DNA of 11,960 nt, taken from assembly GCA_049699855.1 (NCBI GenBank), contig JBNAWM010000002.1, positions 60,105-72,064 of the forward strand, read 5' to 3'. Origin of the DNA: Candidatus Cryosericum sp. (GTDB lineage Bacteria > Caldisericota > Caldisericia > Cryosericales > Cryosericaceae). Under the pieces are notes generated by a model, which saw only the letters and a program-made list of their open reading frames with translations, searched no databases and was not told the origin of the DNA. Every line of letters begins with the position of its first letter. Position 1 is the first letter of the stretch. Made by a program: the position numbers and the translations under genes. Of this stretch, positions 1 to 7,576 are shown one piece after another.

Positions 1-237
1 GTGACTCTGGAGGTTCCATCAGCGATCTTCACCGAGGCATTCCTGAGCTACATCGGGCTGGGCGTCAGTGCCCCTGTCGCCAGCTGGGGCGTCCTTGCGT
101 CTGATGGCACTGAGGCTATACGTTCATTTCCATATCTGGTGCTGTTTCCGGCGCTTGCCATCAGTTTGACCATGTTTGCGTTCAATTTCCTGGGCGATGG
201 ACTGCGTGATGCGCTGGATCCACGCTTGAGGCAGTAG
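1..237 (+). CDS. oppC: Oligopeptide ABC transporter permease, C-terminal part (5' end lies outside the window)
   Basis: Translation has EAFLSYIGLGV..P.ASWG and FPALAISLTMFAFNFLGDGLRDALDPR, the typical OppC/DppC C-terminus; two peptide-ABC ATPases follow. The GTG at 1 is an internal codon. Confidence 0.92.
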   Translation: MTLEVPSAIFTEAFLSYIGLGVSAPVASWGVLASDGTEAIRSFPYLVLFPALAISLTMFAFNFLGDGLRDALDPRLRQ

Positions 238-247
238 GAGGCGCTCA

Positions 248-1318
248 ATGGATGAGACAAATCTGTTGATGCGTGTCGATGGAGTAACCACCAACTTCCA
301 CACCTATGCCGGCATTGTTCATGCCGTCGATGACATCACCATCACCGTCCCGAAAGACTCTGTTGTAGGCATTGTCGGAGAGTCTGGTTCCGGCAAGTCG
401 GTGACCATGATGTCTGTGATGCGCCTGATTCCAAATCCTCCAGGGCGTATCGAATCAGGACGAGTCTGGTTTGACGGCGCAGCCCTGAACATGCCGGGTC
501 ATGCCGAGCAGGAGGGGCCGAATCGAGGAATGGTTGACCTGCTGAAACTTGGACCAGAGGAGATGATGAAGGTTCGCGGCCGACATGTGGCCATGATCTT
601 TCAAGATCCGATGGTGTCACTTAACCCTGTGCTGACAATCGGCCTACAGATGACTGAGTCGATGATCGCACATGGCATTGCAGACAAGGAAGGTGCGTGG
701 AGAAGGGCCATCGAGATGCTTGCGCTCGTTGGCATCCCGAATCCCGAGGAACGTATGCGGGATTATCCACATCAATATTCCGGAGGCATGCGTCAGCGAG
801 TCATGATCGCAATGGCACTTTCGTGCAGCCCCGAGCTGGTCATTGCGGACGAGCCAACGACGTCCCTGGACGTTACGGTGCAGGCGCAGATCCTGGAACT
901 CATGAAGGAACTGAAGGCCAAGCTCAAATCCAGCGTCATCATCATCAGCCATGACCTGTCCATCGTTGCCGGGATGGCTGACAAGGTGGTCGTCATGTAC
1001 GCTGGGCGCGTTCTTGAAGAAGCAAGCGTCTACGACTTGTACGAGAAACCGGGACACCCATATACCATGGGGTTGATGAAATCTGTTCCCCGTCTGGATG
1101 CCGATGATCGAGAGCGCTTGATCCCTATCGACGGAAGCCCTCCTGATCTGCTGTCTCCTCCTGTGGGATGCAAATTCGCTCCTCGCTGCAAATATGCCAT
1201 GGCCATCTGTCGTCAGCAGGAGCCACCGCTTGTCACGATCGGCGATGGGCATCGCGCTCGGTGTTTCCTTCATCATCCCGCTGCGCCAGAAGTTCCTGGA
1301 TTTATAAAGGTGGAGTAA
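248..1318 (+). CDS. oppD: Oligopeptide/dipeptide ABC transporter ATP-binding protein
   Basis: Walker A GESGSGKS, Q-loop MIFQDP, signature YSGGMRQR, Walker B VIADEPTT, H-loop ISHDL, C-terminal HPYT plus four-Cys domain; SD AGGAGG overlapping the oppC stop. Confidence 0.93.
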   Translation: MDETNLLMRVDGVTTNFHTYAGIVHAVDDITITVPKDSVVGIVGESGSGKSVTMMSVMRLIPNPPGRIESGRVWFDGAALNMPGHAEQEGPNRGMVDLLKLGPEEMMKVRGRHVAMIFQDPMVSLNPVLTIGLQMTESMIAHGIADKEGAWRRAIEMLALVGIPNPEERMRDYPHQYSGGMRQRVMIAMALSCSPELVIADEPTTSLDVTVQAQILELMKELKAKLKSSVIIISHDLSIVAGMADKVVVMYAGRVLEEASVYDLYEKPGHPYTMGLMKSVPRLDADDRERLIPIDGSPPDLLSPPVGCKFAPRCKYAMAICRQQEPPLVTIGDGHRARCFLHHPAAPEVPGFIKVE

Positions 1319-1320
1319 TC

Positions 1321-2295
1321 ATGGAAACGATATTGAAGGTTGAACACCTGAAGAAGTACTTCTCGGTCAATGTGGGAGGACCGTTTGCCCGAAGCATGGC
1401 CAGTCTGAAGGCAGTCGATGACGTGTCCTTCGAGGTTGGCCGTGGTGAAACCGTGGGTCTTGTCGGTGAAACGGGGTGCGGCAAGACAACGGTGGGTAGA
1501 ACGATTGTTGGTTTGTACACCCCGACTGCGGGCACCATTACCTATTGCGATCAAAACTTGTGTACGTTGAGCCGTGAGGATATGCGCAAGGTGCGCAGCA
1601 AGCTGCAGATGATTTTTCAGGACCCATATGCGTCCCTGGATCCCCGCGAGACCGTTGGCAATATTATCGAAGAACCTATGGACATCTTCAGTATCGGAAC
1701 GATGGCCGAGAGGAGGGAACGCGTCCAGGATCTGCTCCGGACGGTGGGACTCAACCCCGAACACGCCAATCGTTTTCCGCATGAGTTTTCTGGCGGACAG
1801 CGTCAACGCATAGGAATTGCTCGAGCACTGGCCATGAACCCCGAATTCATTGTCGCTGATGAACCCATCTCGGCTCTCGATGTCAGCATTCAGGCTCAGA
1901 TTGTTAATATGCTTGAGGACTTGCAGCAGAAGCTGGGACTCACCTATCTCTTCATCGCGCATGATCTGGCGATGGTCAAGCATATCAGCGATCGGGTGCT
2001 GGTCGCTTACCTTGGCAAGATCGTCGAGATCGATGAGAGCCGTGACATTTACAGGCATCCGTTGCATCCGTATACAAGAGCACTCCTTTCAGCGGTACCG
2101 ATACCTGACCCACGGGTAGAGACACAACGCAAGCGTATTGTACTCAAGGGTGATCTGCCCAGTCCAATCAATCCGCCCAGTGGTTGTCATTTCCGAACGC
2201 GTTGTCCGATTGCACAGCCCATCTGCGCGGAACAGGAACCCGAACTTCGCGACGCGGGCGGCGGGCACATGGTAGCCTGTCACTTTGCTGGCTGA
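1321..2295 (+). CDS. oppF: Oligopeptide/dipeptide ABC transporter ATP-binding protein
   Basis: Start reassigned to ATG 1321 (METILKVEHLKKYF), 2 nt after the oppD stop with AAGGTGGAG upstream. Walker A GETGCGKT, FSGGQRQR, IVADEPISALD, IAHDL, HPYT, GCHFRTRCP...VACH. Confidence 0.93.
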   Translation: METILKVEHLKKYFSVNVGGPFARSMASLKAVDDVSFEVGRGETVGLVGETGCGKTTVGRTIVGLYTPTAGTITYCDQNLCTLSREDMRKVRSKLQMIFQDPYASLDPRETVGNIIEEPMDIFSIGTMAERRERVQDLLRTVGLNPEHANRFPHEFSGGQRQRIGIARALAMNPEFIVADEPISALDVSIQAQIVNMLEDLQQKLGLTYLFIAHDLAMVKHISDRVLVAYLGKIVEIDESRDIYRHPLHPYTRALLSAVPIPDPRVETQRKRIVLKGDLPSPINPPSGCHFRTRCPIAQPICAEQEPELRDAGGGHMVACHFAG

Positions 2296-2313
2296 AAAGT
2301 TGTTTGAGAGGAC

Positions 2314-2347
2314 AGAGGACCGGCTGAAAGGCCGGTCCTTTCTCTTT
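2314..2347 (+). terminator. Probable intrinsic terminator of the opp operon
   Basis: Stem AGGACCGGCT (2316-2325) / GGCCGGTCCT (2330-2339), GAAA loop, followed by TTCTCTTT; about 20 nt after the oppF stop. Confidence 0.8.
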
Positions 2348-2374
2348 GGCGGCAGAGGCTGACCGCAAACGACA

Positions 2375-2402
2375 TTGGCAAACGGCCAATTTGGGCTATA
2401 AC
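2375..2402 (+). promoter_or_regulatory. Putative sigma70-type promoter for preT-preA
   Basis: TTGGCA (2375-2380), 16 nt, TATAAC (2397-2402), downstream of the terminator and about 110 nt upstream of the preT start. Confidence 0.45.
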
Positions 2403-2511
2403 ATTGCACAGGGCAATTTCCCGGTTGACTCCGGCCCTGGCCGGCCGAGCCTCAAGCGAGTGAAGCATGTGCCTGCCCGGATTTCTGCACGATGAAAAAT
2501 TGGGAGGAATG

Positions 2512-3777
2512 ATGGAAGAGTTCGAGAAGACATTGGACGCTCAGCAAGCAGCCATCGAGGCTGAACGCTGTCTCTATTGCTATGATGCTCCGTGCATGGC
2601 TGCCTGCCCTGCTCACGTCCCGATCCCGGAATTCATACAGTCGATTCGAAGCGGCAATCTGCATGGTGCGCGGACGCTTCTCCAGGAGGCGCATCCCCTT
2701 ATTGAAACGTGCGGGAGAATTTGCCCGGAAGAGTCATTCTGCCAGTCGGCCTGCACGCGGGCAAAAATTGATTTCGCCGTTCGCATCCGTGAACTCCATC
2801 GCTTTGTGACGGATGCAACCGACCCTGCCGACCGAATGGACTTGCCGGAGGCGTCGGCAGGACGAGTTGCAATCGTTGGTGCAGGACCTGCTGGCTTGTC
2901 GTGCGCCCGGGAGTTGAGGGCTCATGGTTTTCTGTGCGAGGTCTTTGAGGAGCGACAGACAGGCGGGGTACCAGCTCAGGAGATTTCGACGCATCGATAT
3001 CCGCTAGACATCGACAAGCGGGAGTCACAGTTTCTGCTGTCGCGGTTTGTTTCGAAGCTGCATAACGAGCGAGTCACGGATGTCATGCCCTTGAGGACAG
3101 AGTTCGATGCTGTTTTTATTGCGACCGGTCTGACGCTGGAGACAGGACTCGAGATGGAGGGGCTACAGCTCTCCGGAGTGTTTCAGGCAAGGGAACTGCT
3201 GCGCAGGCTGAAGTCTGGGACTGGCAGTGGAGCAGGGCGCCGAGTTGGCGTCATCGGTGGTGGAAACGTCGCAGTTGAAGTTGCTTCGATGCTCCGCGAG
3301 GAGGATCCTGCGCGCGACGTGATCATCATCTATCGCCGAGGTATCAAGGAGATGAAAGCCTTCAAGAAGGAAATCGAGGAAGCTACAACTCTCGGCGTGA
3401 CGTACCAGTTCCTGGCGATGCCCGAGAAAGTCATTGGCAGCCAGAATGTTGAAGGGCTTCAGGTCATTCAAGCTCACCTGGGCGACGAAGACAGCTCGGG
3501 GCGACGCAGTTTCGACGCGTTGCCGGACTCGAGTTTCATCATCCCGCTCGACACCGTGGTTGTCGCTGTTGGACAGCGAGCAGACGACACGCTGTTCCCC
3601 GGCGTTGGTCGCTCGAAGTCTGGCCTGATCATGGTGGGTGAAGACATGCAGACCAATGTCGCAGGTGTATATGCCGGGGGTGACATCGTTCATGGCGCTC
3701 TGACAGTGGTGGAAGCAGTGCGAGATGGCAAGAAAGCGGCGGAATCCATCGCGGCTTTTGTGATGGGAGGCAAGTGA
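2512..3777 (+). CDS. preT: Dihydropyrimidine dehydrogenase subunit PreT-like (GltD-family FAD / NAD(P)H / Fe-S subunit)
   Basis: EAERCLYCYDAPCMAACP...CGRICPEESFCQSAC Fe-S domain; FAD motif VAIVGAGPAGL; GGGNVA and IIYRR nucleotide-binding motifs; YAGGDIV. SD GGGAGG at 2502-2507 favours ATG 2512 (or 2509) over 2467. Coupled to a PreA-like gene. Confidence 0.82.
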   Translation: MEEFEKTLDAQQAAIEAERCLYCYDAPCMAACPAHVPIPEFIQSIRSGNLHGARTLLQEAHPLIETCGRICPEESFCQSACTRAKIDFAVRIRELHRFVTDATDPADRMDLPEASAGRVAIVGAGPAGLSCARELRAHGFLCEVFEERQTGGVPAQEISTHRYPLDIDKRESQFLLSRFVSKLHNERVTDVMPLRTEFDAVFIATGLTLETGLEMEGLQLSGVFQARELLRRLKSGTGSGAGRRVGVIGGGNVAVEVASMLREEDPARDVIIIYRRGIKEMKAFKKEIEEATTLGVTYQFLAMPEKVIGSQNVEGLQVIQAHLGDEDSSGRRSFDALPDSSFIIPLDTVVVAVGQRADDTLFPGVGRSKSGLIMVGEDMQTNVAGVYAGGDIVHGALTVVEAVRDGKKAAESIAAFVMGGK

Positions 3778-5018
3778 TGTACCGTGAACATGATCTTTCC
3801 TACGATTTTCTCGGAATACACCTGGAGAACCCGTTTATTTTGTCGGCAGCACCTCCAACGGACGAGCTGGAAATAGCGATTGACGGACTGAAAGCCGGGT
3901 GGGCCGGCCTTGTCCTGAAGACCACTTCCGTGGAGGGGAACCCCGTTAACCTTAAGTATCCAATGATGTCGTCGTTTGGAACGGCGGCGCACAAGCTGTG
4001 GGGACTCGGCAACATCGATTTGATCTCTCAGTATCACATCGATGAAATCTGCGAGCGGGTCAAGACGCTCAAACACATGTTCCCCACGAAAATGATTGCT
4101 GCTTCCATCATGGGTTCGAAAAAAGAGGACTGGCAATCGTTAGTCTGGCAGCTGAAGAAAGCCGGTGTAGACTTGATCGAGTGCAGCTTCAGCTGCCCAC
4201 AAGGCAGTATGGGCGAGGCTCCGGGGCGTATGCTTGCCCAGAGCGTGGAGGCAACGGAGAAGGTTGCCCGCTGGGTCAAGGAAGCTGCCGATACAACCCC
4301 CGTGCTTATCAAAATTACCCCGCAGGTTACTGACATTGTCGAGATTGCCAGGGCGCTCAAGCGCTCGGGTGTGGACGGAATCACAGCAAGTAATTCGGTT
4401 CCTGCATTGATAGGGATTGATGTTGAAACACTTGAACCGCGCCCATCGCTCTTCGGGGACGGGGCCTATTCTGGCATGACAGGAATGGCCATCAAGCCCC
4501 TGACCTTGCGGACCATCGCCGAAATAGCGCGTAATGTCGACATTACGATCAGCGGAAACGGGGGTGCTTACTCCTGGAGCGACGCCGTCGAACTCATGGC
4601 TGTCGGAGCCTCGAACGTGCAGTTCTGTACACTCCCCATGCATCACGGCTTCGAGACCATACGTGATCTGAAGAGTGGCTTTGCGGACTACCTCGACCGG
4701 AAAGGGCTTGCATCGCCTCTGGACGTTGTTGGCAAGGCTCTGCAGTCCATCAAGGGGCAGGAGGAACTTGTGGCACCGCGTACCCGTTCCGAAATCGATC
4801 TCGATACGTGCATTGGTTGCGGAAATTGCTTCCGGTCTTGCACCGATGGTGGGCACAGAGCTATCGAGTGGAACGCTGAGACGAGACAGCCCTCGGTTGA
4901 TCCCGACAAGTGTCCAGGATGTGGCCAGTGCATGCAGGTTTGTCCGGTGAATGCCATACGCATGAAGGAGGAATTGGACGGTCAGACACACTACTTCCGG
5001 TTCAGCGGAACACGCTGA
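3777..5018 (+). CDS. preA: Dihydropyrimidine dehydrogenase subunit PreA-like (FMN barrel plus C-terminal 2x[4Fe-4S])
   Basis: NPFILSAAP, GWAGLVLKT, IAASIMG, ECSFSCPQ catalytic-Cys loop, KITP, SGNGG, and CIGCGNCFRSC-DGGH / CPGCGQCMQVCP ferredoxin motifs. TGATG overlap with preT; SD GGGAGG at 3765-3770. Confidence 0.85.
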   Translation: MYREHDLSYDFLGIHLENPFILSAAPPTDELEIAIDGLKAGWAGLVLKTTSVEGNPVNLKYPMMSSFGTAAHKLWGLGNIDLISQYHIDEICERVKTLKHMFPTKMIAASIMGSKKEDWQSLVWQLKKAGVDLIECSFSCPQGSMGEAPGRMLAQSVEATEKVARWVKEAADTTPVLIKITPQVTDIVEIARALKRSGVDGITASNSVPALIGIDVETLEPRPSLFGDGAYSGMTGMAIKPLTLRTIAEIARNVDITISGNGGAYSWSDAVELMAVGASNVQFCTLPMHHGFETIRDLKSGFADYLDRKGLASPLDVVGKALQSIKGQEELVAPRTRSEIDLDTCIGCGNCFRSCTDGGHRAIEWNAETRQPSVDPDKCPGCGQCMQVCPVNAIRMKEELDGQTHYFRFSGTR

Positions 5019-5037
5019 GTTCCTGGGAAGCTGTGAT

Positions 5038-5072
5038 GCGCCCCCCTGCAGCAAAACCTGCGGGGGGCGTTT
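5038..5072 (+). terminator. GC-rich hairpin, probable terminator after preA
   Basis: GCGCCCCCC(T)GCAG (5038-5051) pairs with CTGCGGGGGGCGT (5058-5070) with one bulge and a 6-nt loop; only a short TTT tail. Confidence 0.6.
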
Positions 5073-5086
5073 CCATGTCTCGTCGG

Positions 5087-5114
5087 TTGAGTGTCACTGT
5101 GAACCCGGTATACT
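5087..5114 (+). promoter_or_regulatory. Putative sigma70-type promoter for the decarboxylase cluster
   Basis: TTGAGT (5087-5092), 16 nt, TATACT (5109-5114), between the hairpin and the SD GAGGAGGT (5161-5168). Confidence 0.45.
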
Positions 5115-5171
5115 GAAAAGTGGCGTTTCGAATGTGCTGGTACGAAAGACTGGAAATCCCGAGGAGGTAGT

Positions 5172-6719
5172 ATGAGTAATGACGAGCAGTTTTCGGCCTT
5201 GAGGTCGAAACGAGAGCATATCCTGGCTGGCGGGGGACCTGGCCGTGTGAAGAAACAGCACGATGCAGGAAAGTTGACAGCGCGGGAGCGCATCGACCTT
5301 CTGCTGGATCAGGGTTCCTTCCAGGAGGAAAACGTCTTTGTAAGCCACCGTAATACAGGATTTGGGCTCGACAAGCAGGATCTTCCGGGTGACGGCGTCG
5401 TTACCGGTCACGGCTATGTGCATGGCCGGCTCGTTTTTGTTTACTCGCAGGATTTTACGGTCGCCGGAGGGTCATTAGGAGAGATGCACGCGCTGAAGAT
5501 CGCTCACGTGCAGGATCTTGCCCTGAAGTATGGAGCTCCCATCGTAAGCATCAGCGATTCTGGGGGAGCGCGTATTCAGGAGGGCATCGACTCGTTGAAG
5601 GGGTACGCCCGGATTTTCTATCGCAATACCATCAGCTCCGGCGTCATTCCGCAGATTTCGATGATAGCTGGTCCCTGCGCTGGTGGAGCCGTCTATTCGC
5701 CAGGCATCATGGACTTTGTCGTCATGACGAATCAGGGGCGGATGTTCATTACTGGTCCAAAAGTCATTCAGAGCGTCACCGGCGAAGAAGTGACTGATGA
5801 GGAGCTCGGTGGGCTTGCTGTACACGCTGAGAAGAGCGGAAATGTTCATCTTGCAGCAGCCGACGACGAAGATGCTATTCGACTGATTCGAGAGCTGCTC
5901 TCGTTTCTTCCGGCCAATAACAGCGAAGACCCCCCCATGGCAGAGACTGATGACCCCGTGGATAGAAGCACTGCCGAGATCGGCGAACTCATTCCTGCCG
6001 AGGCAAACAAACCATACGACGTACGCAAGGTCATTGCAAGCCTGGCAGACAAAGGAGAGTTCTTTGAGGTGGCCGAGGGTTTTGCAAAGTCCATCTGTGT
6101 GGGTTTTGTGCACATGGGCGGACAGGTCGTGGGTGTCGTTGCCAATCAATCGCGTTCGATGGCAGGCGTTCTTGACATAGACAGTTCGGACAAGGCTGCG
6201 CGCTTTGTACGTTTTTGCGATGCCTTCAACATTCCATTACTTACGCTGGTTGATGTCGGCGGATATCTTCCGGGCGTCGATCAGGAACATGGAGGAATCA
6301 TTCGTCATGGTGCCAAGCTTCTGTACGCTTTTTCCGAGTGTACTGTGCCGAAGGTTACGGTTATCCTGAGGAAGGCCTATGGAGGCGCGTACATCGCCAT
6401 GTCCTGCCGGGACCTTGGAGCTGATTTCGTGTTTGCGCTGTCTTCAGCCGAGATCGCTGTCATGGGTGCCGATGGGGCCGCGCAGATTATTTTCGCCAGG
6501 GAAATCAGCGAAGCCGCGGATCCGGAAGAGACGCGGCGCAAACTGATCGCTGACTACAAAGAAAAGCTCTACAACCCATATGTAGCTGCGGAGCGAGGCC
6601 TTGTCGACGACGTCCTCGAGCCATCTCAGTTGCGATCCCGCATCATTCGGTCTTTCAGAGCTGCTGCGAACAAGCGCGAAGAGCGGCCTGTCCGCAAGCA
6701 TGGAAACATTCCGCTCTAG
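5172..6719 (+). CDS. mmdA: Acyl-CoA carboxyltransferase; methylmalonyl-CoA decarboxylase alpha subunit-like (PccB family)
   Basis: GKLTARERI, DGVVTG, QDFTVAGGSLGE, DSGGARIQEG, GPCAGGAVYSP, RFVRFCDAFNIP, GGIIRHGAK, RKAYGGAY, C-terminal KHGNIPL; neighbours are a biotin carrier and a Na+-pump beta subunit, with no biotin carboxylase in the window. Confidence 0.88.
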   Translation: MSNDEQFSALRSKREHILAGGGPGRVKKQHDAGKLTARERIDLLLDQGSFQEENVFVSHRNTGFGLDKQDLPGDGVVTGHGYVHGRLVFVYSQDFTVAGGSLGEMHALKIAHVQDLALKYGAPIVSISDSGGARIQEGIDSLKGYARIFYRNTISSGVIPQISMIAGPCAGGAVYSPGIMDFVVMTNQGRMFITGPKVIQSVTGEEVTDEELGGLAVHAEKSGNVHLAAADDEDAIRLIRELLSFLPANNSEDPPMAETDDPVDRSTAEIGELIPAEANKPYDVRKVIASLADKGEFFEVAEGFAKSICVGFVHMGGQVVGVVANQSRSMAGVLDIDSSDKAARFVRFCDAFNIPLLTLVDVGGYLPGVDQEHGGIIRHGAKLLYAFSECTVPKVTVILRKAYGGAYIAMSCRDLGADFVFALSSAEIAVMGADGAAQIIFAREISEAADPEETRRKLIADYKEKLYNPYVAAERGLVDDVLEPSQLRSRIIRSFRAAANKREERPVRKHGNIPL

Positions 6720-6730
6720 GAAGAGGATCC

Positions 6731-6994
6731 ATGATACGCGTAGATGCTCGGGGGCAGCAGGTCACAGACGAGGAGTTGGCTGTGGTCATCGCCGCAGCGC
6801 TGGAGGCTTCCCAGGCTGGTCCTGAGGTCGCAGTGGACCTTTCCGGTCTGGATGATTCGGGGGTGGCTGCGATAGTTGCTGCGATAGCTGCTGCCGGTCT
6901 TCCTTTGCAGCAGAGAGAGGCGCCACGGGCGCCGGTGAGCACTGCATGGAGAAGGCCAAGTTATGAACAATCAGTCAGGCCCAGGTGGCGCTGA
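6731..6994 (+). CDS. Small soluble accessory subunit resembling the cytoplasmic part of decarboxylase delta/gamma subunits and acyl-CoA carboxylase epsilon subunits
   Basis: SD GAGGA at 6723-6727; fills the gap between mmdA and mmdC; TDEELAVVIAAAL helix, a second DDSGVAAIVAAIAA helix, and late STAWRR motif; no N-terminal membrane helix. Confidence 0.75.
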   Translation: MIRVDARGQQVTDEELAVVIAAALEASQAGPEVAVDLSGLDDSGVAAIVAAIAAAGLPLQQREAPRAPVSTAWRRPSYEQSVRPRWR

Positions 6995-7007
6995 CAGGAG
7001 GCAGATT

Positions 7008-7442
7008 ATGAAAAGATACAGAATTACCGTAAATGGGAAGACATTCGAAGTTGACGTTGAAGAGACGGGTAGTCAGAAGCAGACCTCAGCTGTGCCCGTT
7101 GCGCCTGCACCGAGCACACCAGCTCCCGTGACGACCCCAGCTGTACCAGCTCCGTCTGCCAAACCTGTTGTCGCCAAGGCGCCTGCACCGAGCACGCCAG
7201 CTCCAAAGGCGGCGCCTGCTCAGAGCGGCGCCATGACCATGAAATCGCCACTTCCTGGAAAGATTCTGAAGGTCATGGCTGCAGCAGGGAGTTCGTGGAA
7301 GAAGGGGGATACGCTTCTTGTAATCGAAGCAATGAAAATGGAGAATGAGATTTTGGCACCACGCGACTGCACTGTCGAGGAAGTACTCGTTGAGGCTAAC
7401 CAGACAGTCAAGACCGGAGATGCTCTTCTGAAGATCGTCTAA
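7008..7442 (+). CDS. mmdC: Biotin carboxyl carrier protein (decarboxylase biotin-carrier subunit)
   Basis: Start reassigned to ATG 7008 (SD AGGAGG 6996-7001): MKRYRITVNGKTFEVDVEE, Ala/Pro-rich linker, SPLPGKI, biotinylation motif EAMKMENEI. Confidence 0.92.
   Translation: MKRYRITVNGKTFEVDVEETGSQKQTSAVPVAPAPSTPAPVTTPAVPAPSAKPVVAKAPAPSTPAPKAAPAQSGAMTMKSPLPGKILKVMAAAGSSWKKGDTLLVIEAMKMENEILAPRDCTVEEVLVEANQTVKTGDALLKIV
7101..7204 (+). repeat. 26-bp direct repeat in the biotin-carrier linker
   Basis: GCGCCTGCACCGAGCAC(A/G)CCAGCTCC at 7101-7126 and 7179-7204, one mismatch, both encoding APAPSTPAP. Confidence 0.9.
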
Positions 7443-7576
7443 GCAGGTTCCGCGCCCTCGGGTACAGAGGGTCTGCTCAGATGATGGCTTGATTGGTACT
7501 TTTACGGATTTGGAGAATAGACTGCGTTCTATAGAATGACAGCAGTAGCAGTAGACTGATCAGAGTGAGGTCACGC

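Noticed and set aside
1165..1265. Four-Cys C-terminal motifs in OppD (and OppF) as a novel Fe-S site
   Set aside because: This is a known, common feature of the peptide-ABC ATPase C-terminal domain.
1168..1320. Upstream-extended starts in the ORF track (1168 for oppF; also 2467, 6963, 7565)
   Set aside because: They overlap upstream genes or lack an SD; downstream ATGs at 1321, 2512, 7008 and 7577 have SD sequences and family-typical N-termini.
2406..2440. GCACAGGGCAA...CTCCGGCC resembles parts of a c-di-GMP-I riboswitch
   Set aside because: The GNRA-capped stem and the GACGCAAA junction are absent, so the aptamer core cannot be built.
4965..5018. Strong AAGGAGG near the end of preA suggesting a lost or hidden downstream gene
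   Set aside because: It is explained by Lys-Glu-Glu codons; the only nearby start (TTG 4974) is too close and in frame with preA.
4140..5054. Long minus-strand ORFs (304 aa here; also 644-1276, 1273-2067, 5475-6149, 9000-9551)
   Set aside because: Each is antisense to a well-supported plus-strand gene and shows no recognisable motifs; typical shadow ORFs in GC-rich coding DNA.
5016..5072. TGA stop of preA followed by a hairpin (selenocysteine read-through?)
   Set aside because: Read-through adds only VPGKL before another TGA at 5034-5036, the position is not a conserved Cys, and the hairpin fits a terminator better.
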